Origin: Dictyostelium discoideum
Lineage: Eukaryota
Assembly: GCA_000004695.1 (NCBI GenBank)
Contig: CM000153.2
Coordinates: 2,336,001-2,400,000, forward strand
Length of the DNA stretch: 64,000 nucleotides
Direction: 5' to 3'
Below, one piece after another: positions 30,257-44,796 of this stretch. Every line of letters starts with the position of its first letter. Within the stretch, counting starts at the first letter, position 1. A model generated the notes under the pieces. The model was given only the letters and a program-made list of their open reading frames with translations, was not told the origin of the DNA and searched no databases. A program made the position numbers and the translations under genes.

Positions 30257-31307
30257 AATCTTTCTAATAATACCAAAAGTATCTATTTAATTTTAAATCA
30301 TTCATTTTATTATTATAATAAAAAAATTAGTATAGAAAAATAATAAAAAAAAAATATTTTTTATACATGTGTAGTATGTTTTTTTTTTTTTCAATTTATA
30401 AATAATAAAATTTGGATTTGATTTTATAATTATGATATTGATTTTATTATTTTTATTTTTATTTTTATTATTTACTAATAAAATAATTGATATAATAATA
30501 AAATAAAAGATTTAAAAGATATGTATCTAAATATATATATTTACCAGATTCATTCTTATCATTTGAATTAATCATTTTCTTTATTTATTTTACAATTATG
30601 ATGATAATTTGTTGTTGTTGTTGTTGTTGTTTTTGTTGAGGTTGAGGTTTGAAATAAAAAGAAAATCTATATTTGTTGTTGAAAAAAAAAAAAAAATTAT
30701 AATTATAATTGCATAATAAAAAAAAAAAAATATTAGTTTATTTTTTTTCAAATTTATTGTTATTATTATTATTTTTAAAAAAAAAAGTTTTATTTTTTCA
30801 AAGGTTGTAATCTAAGATTAAAGTTTTTTTTTTAACCCCAAGCACAACAATAAAAATAAGACATACATACCAAAAGTGTTTTTTTATTTTTTATTTTTTT
30901 TTTTTTTTTGTGGTTTGACAATAAAAAAAAAAAAAAGTTTTATTTATTAGTAATTAAAATGACAATAAATAAAATTAAAAAAACTACAATTGAATTAATA
31001 TATTTTACTATGTAAAAAAAAAAAATTAATACCAGAAAAAAAATGTGAACAATCGTCTGAAAAAAAAAAAAAAATCTAAAATAGCCGAATTTTTCTTTTT
31101 TTTAAATTTTTTCTTTTTTTTAATTTTAATTTTAATTTTTTAATTAGGTTTTTGTTTTTCCATTTTAATTTTTTTAAAAAAAAAAAATCTTGACTCATTG
31201 AATTGGATTAATTTTTTATAATTTTTAACTCAATTAAAAAAAACCCAAAATTCCATCCAAAGCAACCTAATTATGTTTTTTTTACCAGGTTATTGGTTTA
31301 ATTAAAT

Positions 31308-31352
<45 letters not shown>

Positions 31353-33154
31353 AAATTTATTAAAAAAAATGAAATAAATAATTAAAATAAAAAATATACC
31401 ATAAAAAATTAATATATAGTTTTTTTTTTTTTTTTTATCATTTGTAAAGGAATTTTAATTTACAATCCTTTTTTTTTTTATTCTCGCACTAAAATATTAT
31501 AAGGATTAATTAATTTCAAAAAATTATTATCAATTAATATTTATTAAAAGAAGATATTTCGGAATTTATTTTTGTTTATGGTGTTTTAATCTCGAATATT
31601 GATTTTTAGGAAGTATAAAAACATTTTTTTTTTTTTTTTTTGAGTGTCCATTTGTTCTCACATACATTCATATCTAATTATATATTTTTATTTTCATTTT
31701 TAATTTTAATTTTTTTTTTTAATTTTTTTATTATATGTCTTTTTTATATAAAATGTAGATTACAACCTGCCCCAATCAATTAATTGGTGATCAAAATTAA
31801 TTAATTTATAAAATAATAATAAAAAAATAAAAAAAAAAAATAATAATAATAATAAAAAAAAAAAAAAAATAATAATAATAAAAATAATAATAATAAAAAT
31901 AATAATAAAAAAATAAATATTAATAGTTGTAAAAAAAAATATTATTTGAAATAAAATTTTGTATAGACATACACAAATAAGTGTTTTTTTAAAAAATATT
32001 CCTTTGAAATATATTTTATTATTCGATATTTTAAAATTATTTTATTATAATTAATTTTTATTTTAATTTTTATAATTATTTTTATTTTAGCTCATAAATT
32101 TTATATCATCACCATATACATATTAAACAATTAAATAAAATTTTTATTTATTTTATTTTATTTTTTAAAAAAAATAATTATTCACCTACCATTTGTAGTA
32201 AAGATATTATTTTTACTAAATATAAAAGATAATACTGCATTATTATAAAGATAATAATTAAATGATTCTGTTTTATAAATAATTTCGAAATATTATCATA
32301 ATATTGTTTTTATATTCACCCACAAATACATATAGAGTTATAAAGTTATATTCACCCCCACACACTTATCAAAAAAAAGCATTAGATTAGAAAAAAAAAC
32401 AATAAAAAAAGATCTTTTACAAATAAAAAAAAATCAAGAACATCATAATATACTAGGGTTAATATTTAATATGGCAGCTAAATATAAAATAAAAAAATCA
32501 ATTAATTACCACATTAAGCCCAGAGGACATATAAAATAATTTAGATTGGTTTAAACAACACACATACACACACACAATTCACACATTATTTTTTTTTTTA
32601 TGTTTTTTTTTTCTCTTTAGTTTAAAATATTAATCTGTCCCACCCTGTCCTTTACTTTAGTTTTCAAATTAATTTCCTTTTCATTAAAATAAAAACAATA
32701 TTGTTATTTTAATTAATTATTTAATATTGTTTTTTTAAAATATTTTTATTTTAACCCCAAGAAATAATTTGATATAAAAAGGTTAACTTTAAAAAAAAAA
32801 AAAAAAACAAAAAATCATATTTGAATATTTATCAATCAAATCAAATAGTCAAAAAATTATATATAATAAAAATTTACTTAAACTACAAAAATATTATAAT
32901 TTTAGCTGTTGATTGTTCATTTACAATTTTTCAGTAAAAAAAAAAAAGAAAAAAAAAAAAATTTTATTTAAACACTTTTTTATATATATTTATTTTGATA
33001 TTTATTTGTTTTTTTATTTTTATTTTTTAAAAAATCATCATTTTTTTTTTAAATAAAATAAATCTGTTTTTAAATTATAATATAATATTTTAAATTTATA
33101 AATTTATAAAAAAATAATAATTTATTTATTTTTTTCACTATATTGTACTTTAAA

Positions 33155-33240
33155 TAAATAAATAAAATAAAATAAAATAAATTAAAATAAAATAAAATAA
33201 AATAAAATAAAATAAAATAAAATAAAATAAAATAAAATCC
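33155..33240. repeat. (AAATAAAAT)n 9-bp microsatellite, about 10 copies
   Basis: A direct read shows the array upstream of the mucin-like gene. Confidence 0.9.
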
Positions 33241-33309
33241 AACCATTTTTTTGTATTGTACTTTAATATATAAATATTATTATTAAAAAAAAAAAAAAAA
33301 AAAAAAAAA

Positions 33310-35160
33310 ATGAAACTCAATAAAAGTTTAATCGCAATATTATTATTATGTTTTGTGTTATTTGTTAATATAAATGTGTCCAATGGGCAAGATAGTTCGG
33401 TAGCACAATCGGAAAACCCTACTCCTTCAAGTTCCGAACAACAAGTAGTACCATCATCACAAGAAGATCAAACAGCTTCATCAGCTGTTCCCGAACAAAC
33501 TGACTCACAACAACAAGAAGCACCAGCTCAATCATCAGCTGCCCCATCAACTGATTCACAACAAGCTCCAACAGAATCAACTGAAGCCCCAACTCAATCA
33601 TCAGTCGAACAACCAGCACCAACAGAATCAACTGAAACACCAGCCCAATCATCAGCTGCTGAACAACAAGCACCAGCAGAATCAACTGAAGCCCCAGCTC
33701 AATCATCAGCTGCTGAACAACAAGCACCAGCAGAATCAACTGAAGCCCCAGCTCAATCATCAGCTGCTGAACAACAAGCACCAGCAGAATCAACTGAAGC
33801 CCCAGCTCAATCATCAGCTGCTGAACAACAAGCACCAGCAGAATCAACTGAAGCTCCAGCTCAATCATCAGCTGCCGAACAACAAGCACCAGCAGAATCA
33901 ACTGAAGCCCCAGCTCAATCATCAGCTGCTGAACAACAAGCACCAGCAGAATCAAATGAAGCACCAGCTCAATCATCAGCTGCCGAACAATCAGCAGAAT
34001 CAAATGAAGCACCAGCTCAATCATCAGCTGCTGAACAACAAGCACCAGCAGAATCAAATGAAGCTCCAGCTCAATCATCAGCTGCCGAACAACCAGCAGA
34101 ATCAAATGAAGCACCAGCTCAATCATCCTCAACTGTAGAACAACCACCAGCTGAATCATCAGCTGCACCAGAAGCAACAGAAGTTCCAGCTGAATCTGCT
34201 GAACAACCAACTGAATCATCAAATGCTGAACAACAACAAACTGACTCACAACAACCAACTCAATCATCAGGTGAAGAACAACAACAACCAACTGATTCAC
34301 AACAACAACCAACTGATTCACAACAACAAACAACTGATTCACAACAACAACAAACATCAGAATCATCAAATCCAACCCAATCATCAGGTGAACAACAACC
34401 AACCGAATCATCAAATGCTGAACAACCAACTGATTCACAACAACCACCAGCAGAATCATCATCAGCCCCAGAAGCAACTGAATCTCCAGAACAATCAGGT
34501 GAAGAACAACCAACTGAATCACAACAAGAAACATCTGCTTCACCAACTGAAGAAAATCAAACATCTTCAACAGAAGAACAACAACAACCAGCCGATTCAA
34601 CCGCCTCTGTAGAACAACCAGCCGAAACATCATCATCACAACAAACCTCAGAAGCACCAGCTCAATCAAATGAGCAACCAACTGAATCATCTGCCTCTTC
34701 TAATCCAACTGAATCATCATCTGCTACTCCAACTGAATCATCCACAGCTCCAACTGAATCATCTGCCACACCAGCTGAATCATCAACTGCCACATCAGAA
34801 TCATCTGAAGAAACCGTTGTAAAACCAGCCTCTGGAGAAGATGGTTCAGAAGCCATTGAATCAGGAGAAACTGAAACATCAGAAGAATCAATTGAATCAG
34901 AAGAAACTGAAACATCAAATTCTGAAACAAGTCCAGCAATTTCCAAATCACCAATCAACTCTGATCCAACTCTTCCAAATATTAATGAATTTTCTGACGA
35001 TGAAAAAGCCTCACAAAAAGGTGGAAAACAAAATAAATTACATTCAAGTACAGAAGAAACTTCTGATGAAACATCATCCCATAGTGATTCATCAAACTTA
35101 AAATCAAATAGTATATTCACAATTGTAGCTGTATCATCGATTATCTATTTAATTTTGTAA
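33310..35160 (+). CDS. Secreted mucin-like Ser/Thr/Pro/Gln/Glu-rich protein with a 60-bp (20-aa) minisatellite and a hydrophobic C-terminus (GPI or TM)
   Basis: The signal peptide is MKLNKSLIAILLLCFVLFVNINVSNG. The array 33650-34110 holds about 9 near-identical units of AEQQAPAESTEAPAQSSA. Degenerate PTES/TDSQQQ repeats follow. The C-terminal tail is IFTIVAVSSIIYLIL. Confidence 0.7.
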   Translation: MKLNKSLIAILLLCFVLFVNINVSNGQDSSVAQSENPTPSSSEQQVVPSSQEDQTASSAVPEQTDSQQQEAPAQSSAAPSTDSQQAPTESTEAPTQSSVEQPAPTESTETPAQSSAAEQQAPAESTEAPAQSSAAEQQAPAESTEAPAQSSAAEQQAPAESTEAPAQSSAAEQQAPAESTEAPAQSSAAEQQAPAESTEAPAQSSAAEQQAPAESNEAPAQSSAAEQSAESNEAPAQSSAAEQQAPAESNEAPAQSSAAEQPAESNEAPAQSSSTVEQPPAESSAAPEATEVPAESAEQPTESSNAEQQQTDSQQPTQSSGEEQQQPTDSQQQPTDSQQQTTDSQQQQTSESSNPTQSSGEQQPTESSNAEQPTDSQQPPAESSSAPEATESPEQSGEEQPTESQQETSASPTEENQTSSTEEQQQPADSTASVEQPAETSSSQQTSEAPAQSNEQPTESSASSNPTESSSATPTESSTAPTESSATPAESSTATSESSEETVVKPASGEDGSEAIESGETETSEESIESEETETSNSETSPAISKSPINSDPTLPNINEFSDDEKASQKGGKQNKLHSSTEETSDETSSHSDSSNLKSNSIFTIVAVSSIIYLIL

Positions 35161-35415
35161 AAAAAAAAAATGGAATCAATCCACTTTTTTTTTTATATAT
35201 TTAAACTTTTAAACAACAAAATGTAAAAATTAATTTAAAAAATACAATCTTATTAATTGTAATAATAAAAAATAATAATCAAATAATCAAAATAATCAAA
35301 ATAATCAAATAATAAAAATAATATACATATAGCAATTGTATTATTTATATATTTTAAAAAAATAAAAATAAAAAATAAAAAATAAACATTAATTTAAAAA
35401 AAGAAAAATTTTATT

Positions 35416-36798
35416 TTATTTTTTTAAAGTTACACCAACACCATAATTATTTGAATTCATTTTAATTAAACCATTATCTAATAATTGAAAAGCATCATTT
35501 TCAAATAGTTGAGTTGCATCATCAATTAATAAACCACCATCGAGATCACCACCAAAGTCAGATAATGAACATAAGAGATGAGCAGCGGCACTAACATTTA
35601 AACTTGAAGCTACCATTGAACCAATCCAAGTTTTTAAACCCAATTCTTTTGCTTTTAATAATGTTGAAAGACCTGGTCTAATTCCACCAGTTTTTTCAAG
35701 TTTTATATTTACACCATGAACTAATTGAACTAAACCATCCAAATCCTTTTCAGTACAAATTGATTCATCAGCGAAAATGAGTAAACCTTTATCTTGATAT
35801 TCCTTTTTAATTGATACCCATTCGTTTAAATGTTGAATATCAATTTTTTGATCTTTGTTGACTGTTTTTAAAGTTTCAATTGGGAATGGTTGTTCAACCA
35901 TTGATATTAAATCAGCCATTGGTGATAGCTTTTCCAAATATTTTCTTGCAACACTTGGGGTCCAAGATGAATTTGCATCGACTGAAATTTTTGAAATTGT
36001 TCTTGTTGAATTATTATTTAATAAACGTTTTTGAACAGAGTCAATGATATTCATACCTTTTTCAACGTCAGCATCTAATTTAATCTTTAAAAATCCTGTA
36101 TATTTACTACCGAAATCAGTTGAATCCATAATTTCCTCCATTGTTGGACACATTGAAATTGTATAATAAAATGGTTTCAATGATTCACTCTCTGGAATAT
36201 TAATTAATTTATAAATTGGTTGTTTTAAAAATTTACCCCAACCATCTAACAATGCCATTTCAATTGCACATCTTGAAGCATAGGAATAATCTTTACTATT
36301 CTCTTTACAATTATCTAAACATTCAAATAAAAATTGATAAACACTTTGTTGATAATCACCATTCATTTCTTTTCTTAATTCTTTAAAATATTCTTTTTGT
36401 GAAATTTTATTAAATGCATCATAATGATATGATTCTTCTTGTTGTTGTTGTTGTTGTTTTTGTTTTTCATCAATTTCTTTAATCCAACTATTAAAATAAG
36501 TTTCAATATCATTGTAATCTGCTAAATAACATAATGGTTTCTTTGGTGGTAAACCACATTCTCCAAATCCTCTAATATCCTCTACTTTAATTTCAATTAA
36601 TGCATTGGTTCTTGTTGTTGTTACTGAATGTGCTGTTCTAAATTTAATGAAAAAAGTGTTAAATGAAATAAAATATTAAAATATAAAAATAAAATTTAAT
36701 AAAAATAAAATCTTACCCAAATGGATTTCTTAGATTTAATTTATATTGTTTAATTGATAATTCAACATTTATTTTATTTTTAAATAAAAATTTCAACA
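35416..36798 (-). CDS. Enolase-superfamily (MR/MLE) dipeptide-epimerase-like enzyme, 2 exons
   Basis: Exon 1 is 36717..36798 (MTKMLKFLFKNKINVELSIKQYKLNLRNPFG). The intron is 36638..36716 (GTAAGA...AATTTAG). Exon 2 is 35416..36637. The capping domain is IEIKVEDIRGFGECGLPP. The barrel-domain metal ligands are KIKLD, DANSSW, VEQP and IFADES. Confidence 0.75.
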
Positions 36799-37103
36799 TT
36801 TTTGTCATAATTATGGTAAATATAAAAAATAAAAAAATAAAAAAAATTAAAAAAAATAAAAAATTTGATATTCTGTTTTTTTTTTTGATCAAAAAATTCA
36901 TTTTCAATTTTTTTATTAAATTAACAATATATTCCCTATAGTTGTTATTGAAAATAAAGAAACAATTACAAAAAATGGATGATAAATAATTAAAAATAAA
37001 CTTTTTTAAATAAAAAAAAAAAAGAAAAAAAAAAAAAAAAAAAGTGGAAATTATTTTGATTGGTAGTATTAACCATTGTGTATTATTCTAAAATTTTTAT
37101 TAT

Positions 37104-38095
37104 TTACATCAATGAGCAAGCTCCATCATTGGTTAATTCACCCTTTAAATTGTTTTCTATAGATTGGGGTGGTGGTGGTGGTGGTGCTGAAATTTCACCA
37201 CTTTTTTTTGTACTATTGCTGTAGTTGTTGTTGTTATTATTGTTATTGTTATTAGATGATGAATTTTCAATAATTTTTTTTTTTAAGGGGTCCAATTTCT
37301 TTAAAATATTATTTGTAGCATTACCAATACTAGAATATGTTGTATTGGTGTTATTATTAGTTGTATTATTATTATTTACAGTTTTTAAAGATTTTGGAGA
37401 TTTTGGAGGTTCTTGGTTTTTAACTTGTTGGAGTTGATCATGTTTCATTTGTTGTTGTTTTTTTATTGCTAAATGATTTTGTCCTTCTGTATTTAAAAGA
37501 TGGAATGAGTTACTTCTTCTCTTTGGTTGATTGCTTTGTTGTTGTTGTTGCTGCTTTGATTGACTATCTTTTTTATTTACATTATCATTATTATTACTAT
37601 TACTATTATTACAATTATTAATGGTGGTGTTGGTACCAAAATTATTACCACTACTAGTTAAAGTTGGAGAATAATTTCCATTTGGAATTCTAAAAGATTC
37701 AATAATTAATGGATTTTCATAAGCTATTTGTTTTAAATCTTCAAATGATATTCTCTCTTTTGCATCATTTATGAAATCTTCTTTCTTTTGAAAATAACCG
37801 GATTTAACTTCATTTGGATAATCCTTTAGAAATGGTTCGAAATAAATGAAATGAACATGGTCAATTAATTCTCTTAATTCACTTCTATTGATGAAATCTT
37901 TATGTTCAATTGCAAATAATTTAAATATAAATGTTAACTTTTGATCTATATTACCATGTGATAATGTTGATAATGATTCAACCAATTCTTTAAAATTTAA
38001 AAGATTATCATCATCTTTATCCATTAATTTAAACATTCTATCCAATAAATTATTGTTTTTATTTTCATTGTTATTATTATTGCTATTATTATTGC

Positions 38096-38162
<67 letters not shown>

Positions 38163-39772
38163 ATTTAAATTCCAATTCCAGTCAGGTAAAAATCTTAAAA
38201 TTAATTGTTGAAATTGTAAGAAACCAATACCAGTACCATCAGTTGATAAATATTCAAATTCTTCTTTTAAATCTTTTAATTTCTCTAAATCGAATTTAGT
38301 TGATTTTAGTAGATAACGAAGATCATTATCTTCTTCTTTTTGTTTAACTTGTTTCTTTGTAATTTCCCAATGTTTTGATTTTAAATCTTGAATTCTCTTT
38401 TTAGAGAGTACAATACCAATTCTTTTATAGGAATTTTCAATTGTTTTGAAAAGGTCAGGATTAAATGGTCTACCCGATAGAATATCAGTTACTTGACCAT
38501 GATTCTTTGCCAACATCAATGAATTTAAATTCATTTCAATTAAACCTAATGCAATCTCTAATAGTACTCTACTACCTCTAATAATGAAATTATCCCAAAT
38601 TATTAATGCACATTGTGCAGGTAATGATACTGTAAATAAACATAAAAACCATTCCATTGATAATACTGGTATAATGGCTCCAATATTCTTTAAATGTTGA
38701 TTCAATTCTGGAAATATCTCTTCCATTAAATCTAATAATACATTTTGATCAACTTGACTTCCTAACATTGTCTTTGTATAATAATCTGTAAGTAATTGAT
38801 CTGTAATATGTGATAAACACCAAAACACTTGCTCCTCTATATATACATATATATATATATAAATATACAAATATATATATATAAATAAATATAATTTATT
38901 ACTATTAATAATTATTAATTTTAAAATTATAAATTATAAATTATAATACAAACCATTTTCAATAATCATTAATAAAAAAAAAGTTATATAATTTAAAGAT
39001 TGACAATAACCAACAGTTGTTGTTTCACTAAAAACAAATAAAATTCTTTTTAATTTATCTTTAAATTCTGGATCTAATGATTTTGGATGTGTTGGAAATG
39101 TTCTCTCTAAATCCTATAAAAATTGAAAAAATTAAAAATATATTAGAATAATATTATAAAATCAATCTATTAATAATAATAAATAAATAAAAAACATACT
39201 GATAAAATTTCATTTTTATATTTTAAATTATTTATATTAGATTTACTACTAGTACTATTAAAAGATTCTGTTGATGTTGATAATATTAAATCATTATAAC
39301 TTGAATTCTTTGGCATTGTTGTTGATGTTGATGTTGATGTTGTTGAATATGGTGATGATGGTGTTGAAAATATTTGGAGATCAGTTAAATCATTTGATAA
39401 TTCATCTAGATTGAAATTTTCATTTTTTAATAATGACCAATAATAACCTTTTTTAAAATCTAAATTATAACAATCCAAGAATATTGTCCAAATTGATTTA
39501 CGATATTTTGGATGAATACCATGTGATAATAGTTCTCTAAATGATTCTTCATGTGAATATCTTTTTAAGTATCTAAATATATCCTCTTCTGTATGACATG
39601 TAGTTTGAATATAGTGTGTCCATTCTTCTAATCTTTCATCTTCATTCTTTTTTTGTTGTTTTAATTCTTTAATTAATTCTGAATTCTCTGAATACCTATA
39701 CTCAAATCCATATTCATCTATAAATATATCTTGATCAATTATAATATCTGTATCTTCTTCAAATGTTTCCAT
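37104..39772 (-). CDS. TBC-domain Rab GTPase-activating protein with a C-terminal EF-hand-like pair, 3 exons, about 821 aa
   Basis: Exons are 39200..39772, 38954..39113 and 37104..38836. Donors are GTATGT and GTTTGT. The Arg-finger motif is DLERTFPTHP and the Gln-finger YxQ motif is VGYCQSLNYI. Further TBC matches are LSMEWFLCLFTVSLP and IWDNF. The EF-like region is FKELVESLSTLSHGNIDQKLTFIFKLFAIEHKDFINRSELRELIDHV. The poly-Asn run is encoded by (AAT)n. Confidence 0.7.
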
Positions 39773-40163
39773 TTTTTTATAAAATAATTTTTTTTTTTTT
39801 TTTTTTTTTTAAATATATAAATTTACACAAAAATAAAAAAAAAAATAAAAAAATAAAAAAAAGAAAATATATATATTATATATAAATTAAAATTTATACA
39901 TATAGAACAATGAGATAATCTATTTTTGGTGGACAAAAAAAAAAAAAAAAAATCTTTTTTTTTTTAACGAAGGGTGAAAACGCCTTTTAACAAAAATAAA
40001 AAAAAGTTAAAAAAATAAAAAAAAAATAAAAAAATAAAAAAAAAAAAACAAAAATAAAAAAAAAACAAAAATGAACTCCTAAATTTTTTTTTTTTTTTTG
40101 GCATGATATTATTTTGATCATTATTTATTTATTTATTTATTTATTTTTTTCTAAACATGATAA

Positions 40164-42598
<2,435 letters not shown>

Positions 42599-42838
42599 TT
42601 ATTTGTTTTGGTTTTTGAGTAGAAAAAAAAAAAATAAATAAAAAAAAAAAAGAAGATTTTTATTTTTAAAATTTTTTGAGAAAAAAAAAAAATAAAATAA
42701 AATTAAAAATAAAATAAAATTAAAAATAAAACAAATCAAAATTTATTTTTTTTTTTAGAAGAAAAACAATTATTATTATAATTATTATTTTAAATGATTA
42801 TTTTTTATTTTTATTTTTATTTTATTTTTATTTTATTT

Positions 42839-44249
42839 TTAATTATAAAATACTAAACTTGGGAATATATAAAAGTATTTTTTATAAGCAGTGTCGAAAA
42901 TATTTTTTGGAAGACGAAGATTTAATAATAAACCTTTTGTACGTTGAACGACAGCACATTGAATGATGACTTTACAATCTTTATCGATTTCAGGATCACG
43001 ACCATCCATATTGATACGAAGAGCACGATAATTATCGATACGAGCAGGATCTTGAGAGATGATACGTGCATTTTCGACAGAGTTTTCATAGAAAGACAAG
43101 AGGAGATCTTTATATTGCTCCAATTTGATTGGAGCACCCAAGTCCTCCAATGTGATATTAAATATTGGATACATTGGATAATCTTGATCGAGGAAAATTA
43201 AAGAGGTGAAATTGGATGATCTTGGGTCCATTGCGAATGATTTTGGAATGTGAACGTAGAATTTGAAGATGAAATTATAGAAACGATTGTAAACTGGTGA
43301 TTCTAAAAATGATGTGCCAATCTTTAAATCGGCTATAAAACGTTCGAATAGTGGTTCCCAAGAGTTTGATTCATTCTCTAAACATGTAAAGACCAATGAG
43401 AGATGAATATCTTCAATGGTTACATCGTAGTGGAAATGATGTTTATTATTAGTGATGGTAGTTGATTTTTTAGTTTCTTTAACTTGAGGAGTATTGGTTT
43501 TATTTTGAACTTCAACAACTAATGATAAGTTATTTGAAGAGTCTGTATATTCTTGATGTTTAGATTCTTTTTTTGATTTCCATGTCTTTGGTACCCAATA
43601 TTGGTAATAATAGGTTGCTGCTGATGATGAGCTTTTAATACTTGATGTGAATGCTTCCATTTGAGTGTATTTAAATCCTTTTGCTTCGAAATTCTTAAAG
43701 GTTTTACAACAATGTTCCAATGCTGGTAAATTCTTTGTGAATTCACCATTTGATGAGGTATATGAAATGATGAATACATTGTTATTCTTTATGAAGAAAC
43801 ATTGTTTATTTCTTACTTTTTGTTCTGGTGCATAATATGATAAAAAGTCTGCACTGTTTGAACCGATTTTACATGAACCTGTTTCAATATGGGTTGCATT
43901 AATTTGTTGAATTTGTTGAATTGAAATATCTAATAATTGTTTTGGTGTCATAGATTGATCTGATCCAGTTGATCCTAAAATTATTATTATTATTTATTAT
44001 TTTTTTATTAAATTCACTAATTCATTAGTAAATAGTTTTAATTATTATTATTTGTTTAAAAAAAAAAGAAAAAAACAAACCTTCTAAATTTTGAATTGTA
44101 ACATTAAGACTTGGTGAGTTTTTATCGTTTGATTCCATGAAAGATGCTAAAAACATTGCTGAATGTTCCTTTACTATCCAATTTGATGGATATTCAAGTT
44201 CAAAACCATATTGATTTGAAACGTATTTTGAGTATTGAATATCGCTCAT
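42839..44249 (-). CDS. Hypothetical protein, 2 exons, about 434 aa
   Basis: Exon 1 is 44081..44249 (MSDIQYSKYVSNQYGFELEYPSNWIV...). The intron is 43975..44080 with a GTTTGT donor. Exon 2 is 42839..43974. I recognise no confident domain. Confidence 0.5.
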
Positions 44250-44796
44250 TTTAATATTTGGGTTTTATGATATTTGAAAAGAAAGAAAAAAAAAAAAAAA
44301 AAAAAAATTAAAAATTAAAAAAAAAAGAAAAATTAAAAAAAAAAATTAAAAATTAAAACCGAAAAAAAAAAATTAAAAAAAAAAAAATAAAAAAAAAAAT
44401 AAATTTAATTAAAGGTCTTAATTCTCCCATGATTTTCATTTTTAGATAAAAGTAAAGAGGAGTTTAGTTTCCAAAATTAGAATCAAATTTCATCTAAATT
44501 TTCTTCTAAAACATAGGTGACTAAATTCAAAAAAATTTAAATAAATTATTCTCTTATATATAAATATATATAAATATTAATGAAATTGTTTGAAAAAAAA
44601 AAAAAAAAAAAAAAATCCTTTTTCGCGCTTTTTTTTATTTTTTTTTTTTTAATTTTTTTTTTATAAATTTTTTTTTTTTTCAACTTTTTTTTTTTTTTTT
44701 TTATTCTTTTTTACTTACTCTTATATTACATAATATATATTTTTTTGTATATATATAAAAAAAAGTTAAAATAAAATAAAAAAAAATAAAATAATA

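Noticed and set aside
33419-35120. Minus-strand and alternate-frame ORFs across the mucin-like minisatellite
   Set aside because: These are repeat-driven frame artefacts. The + strand frame has a signal peptide and a consistent repeat.
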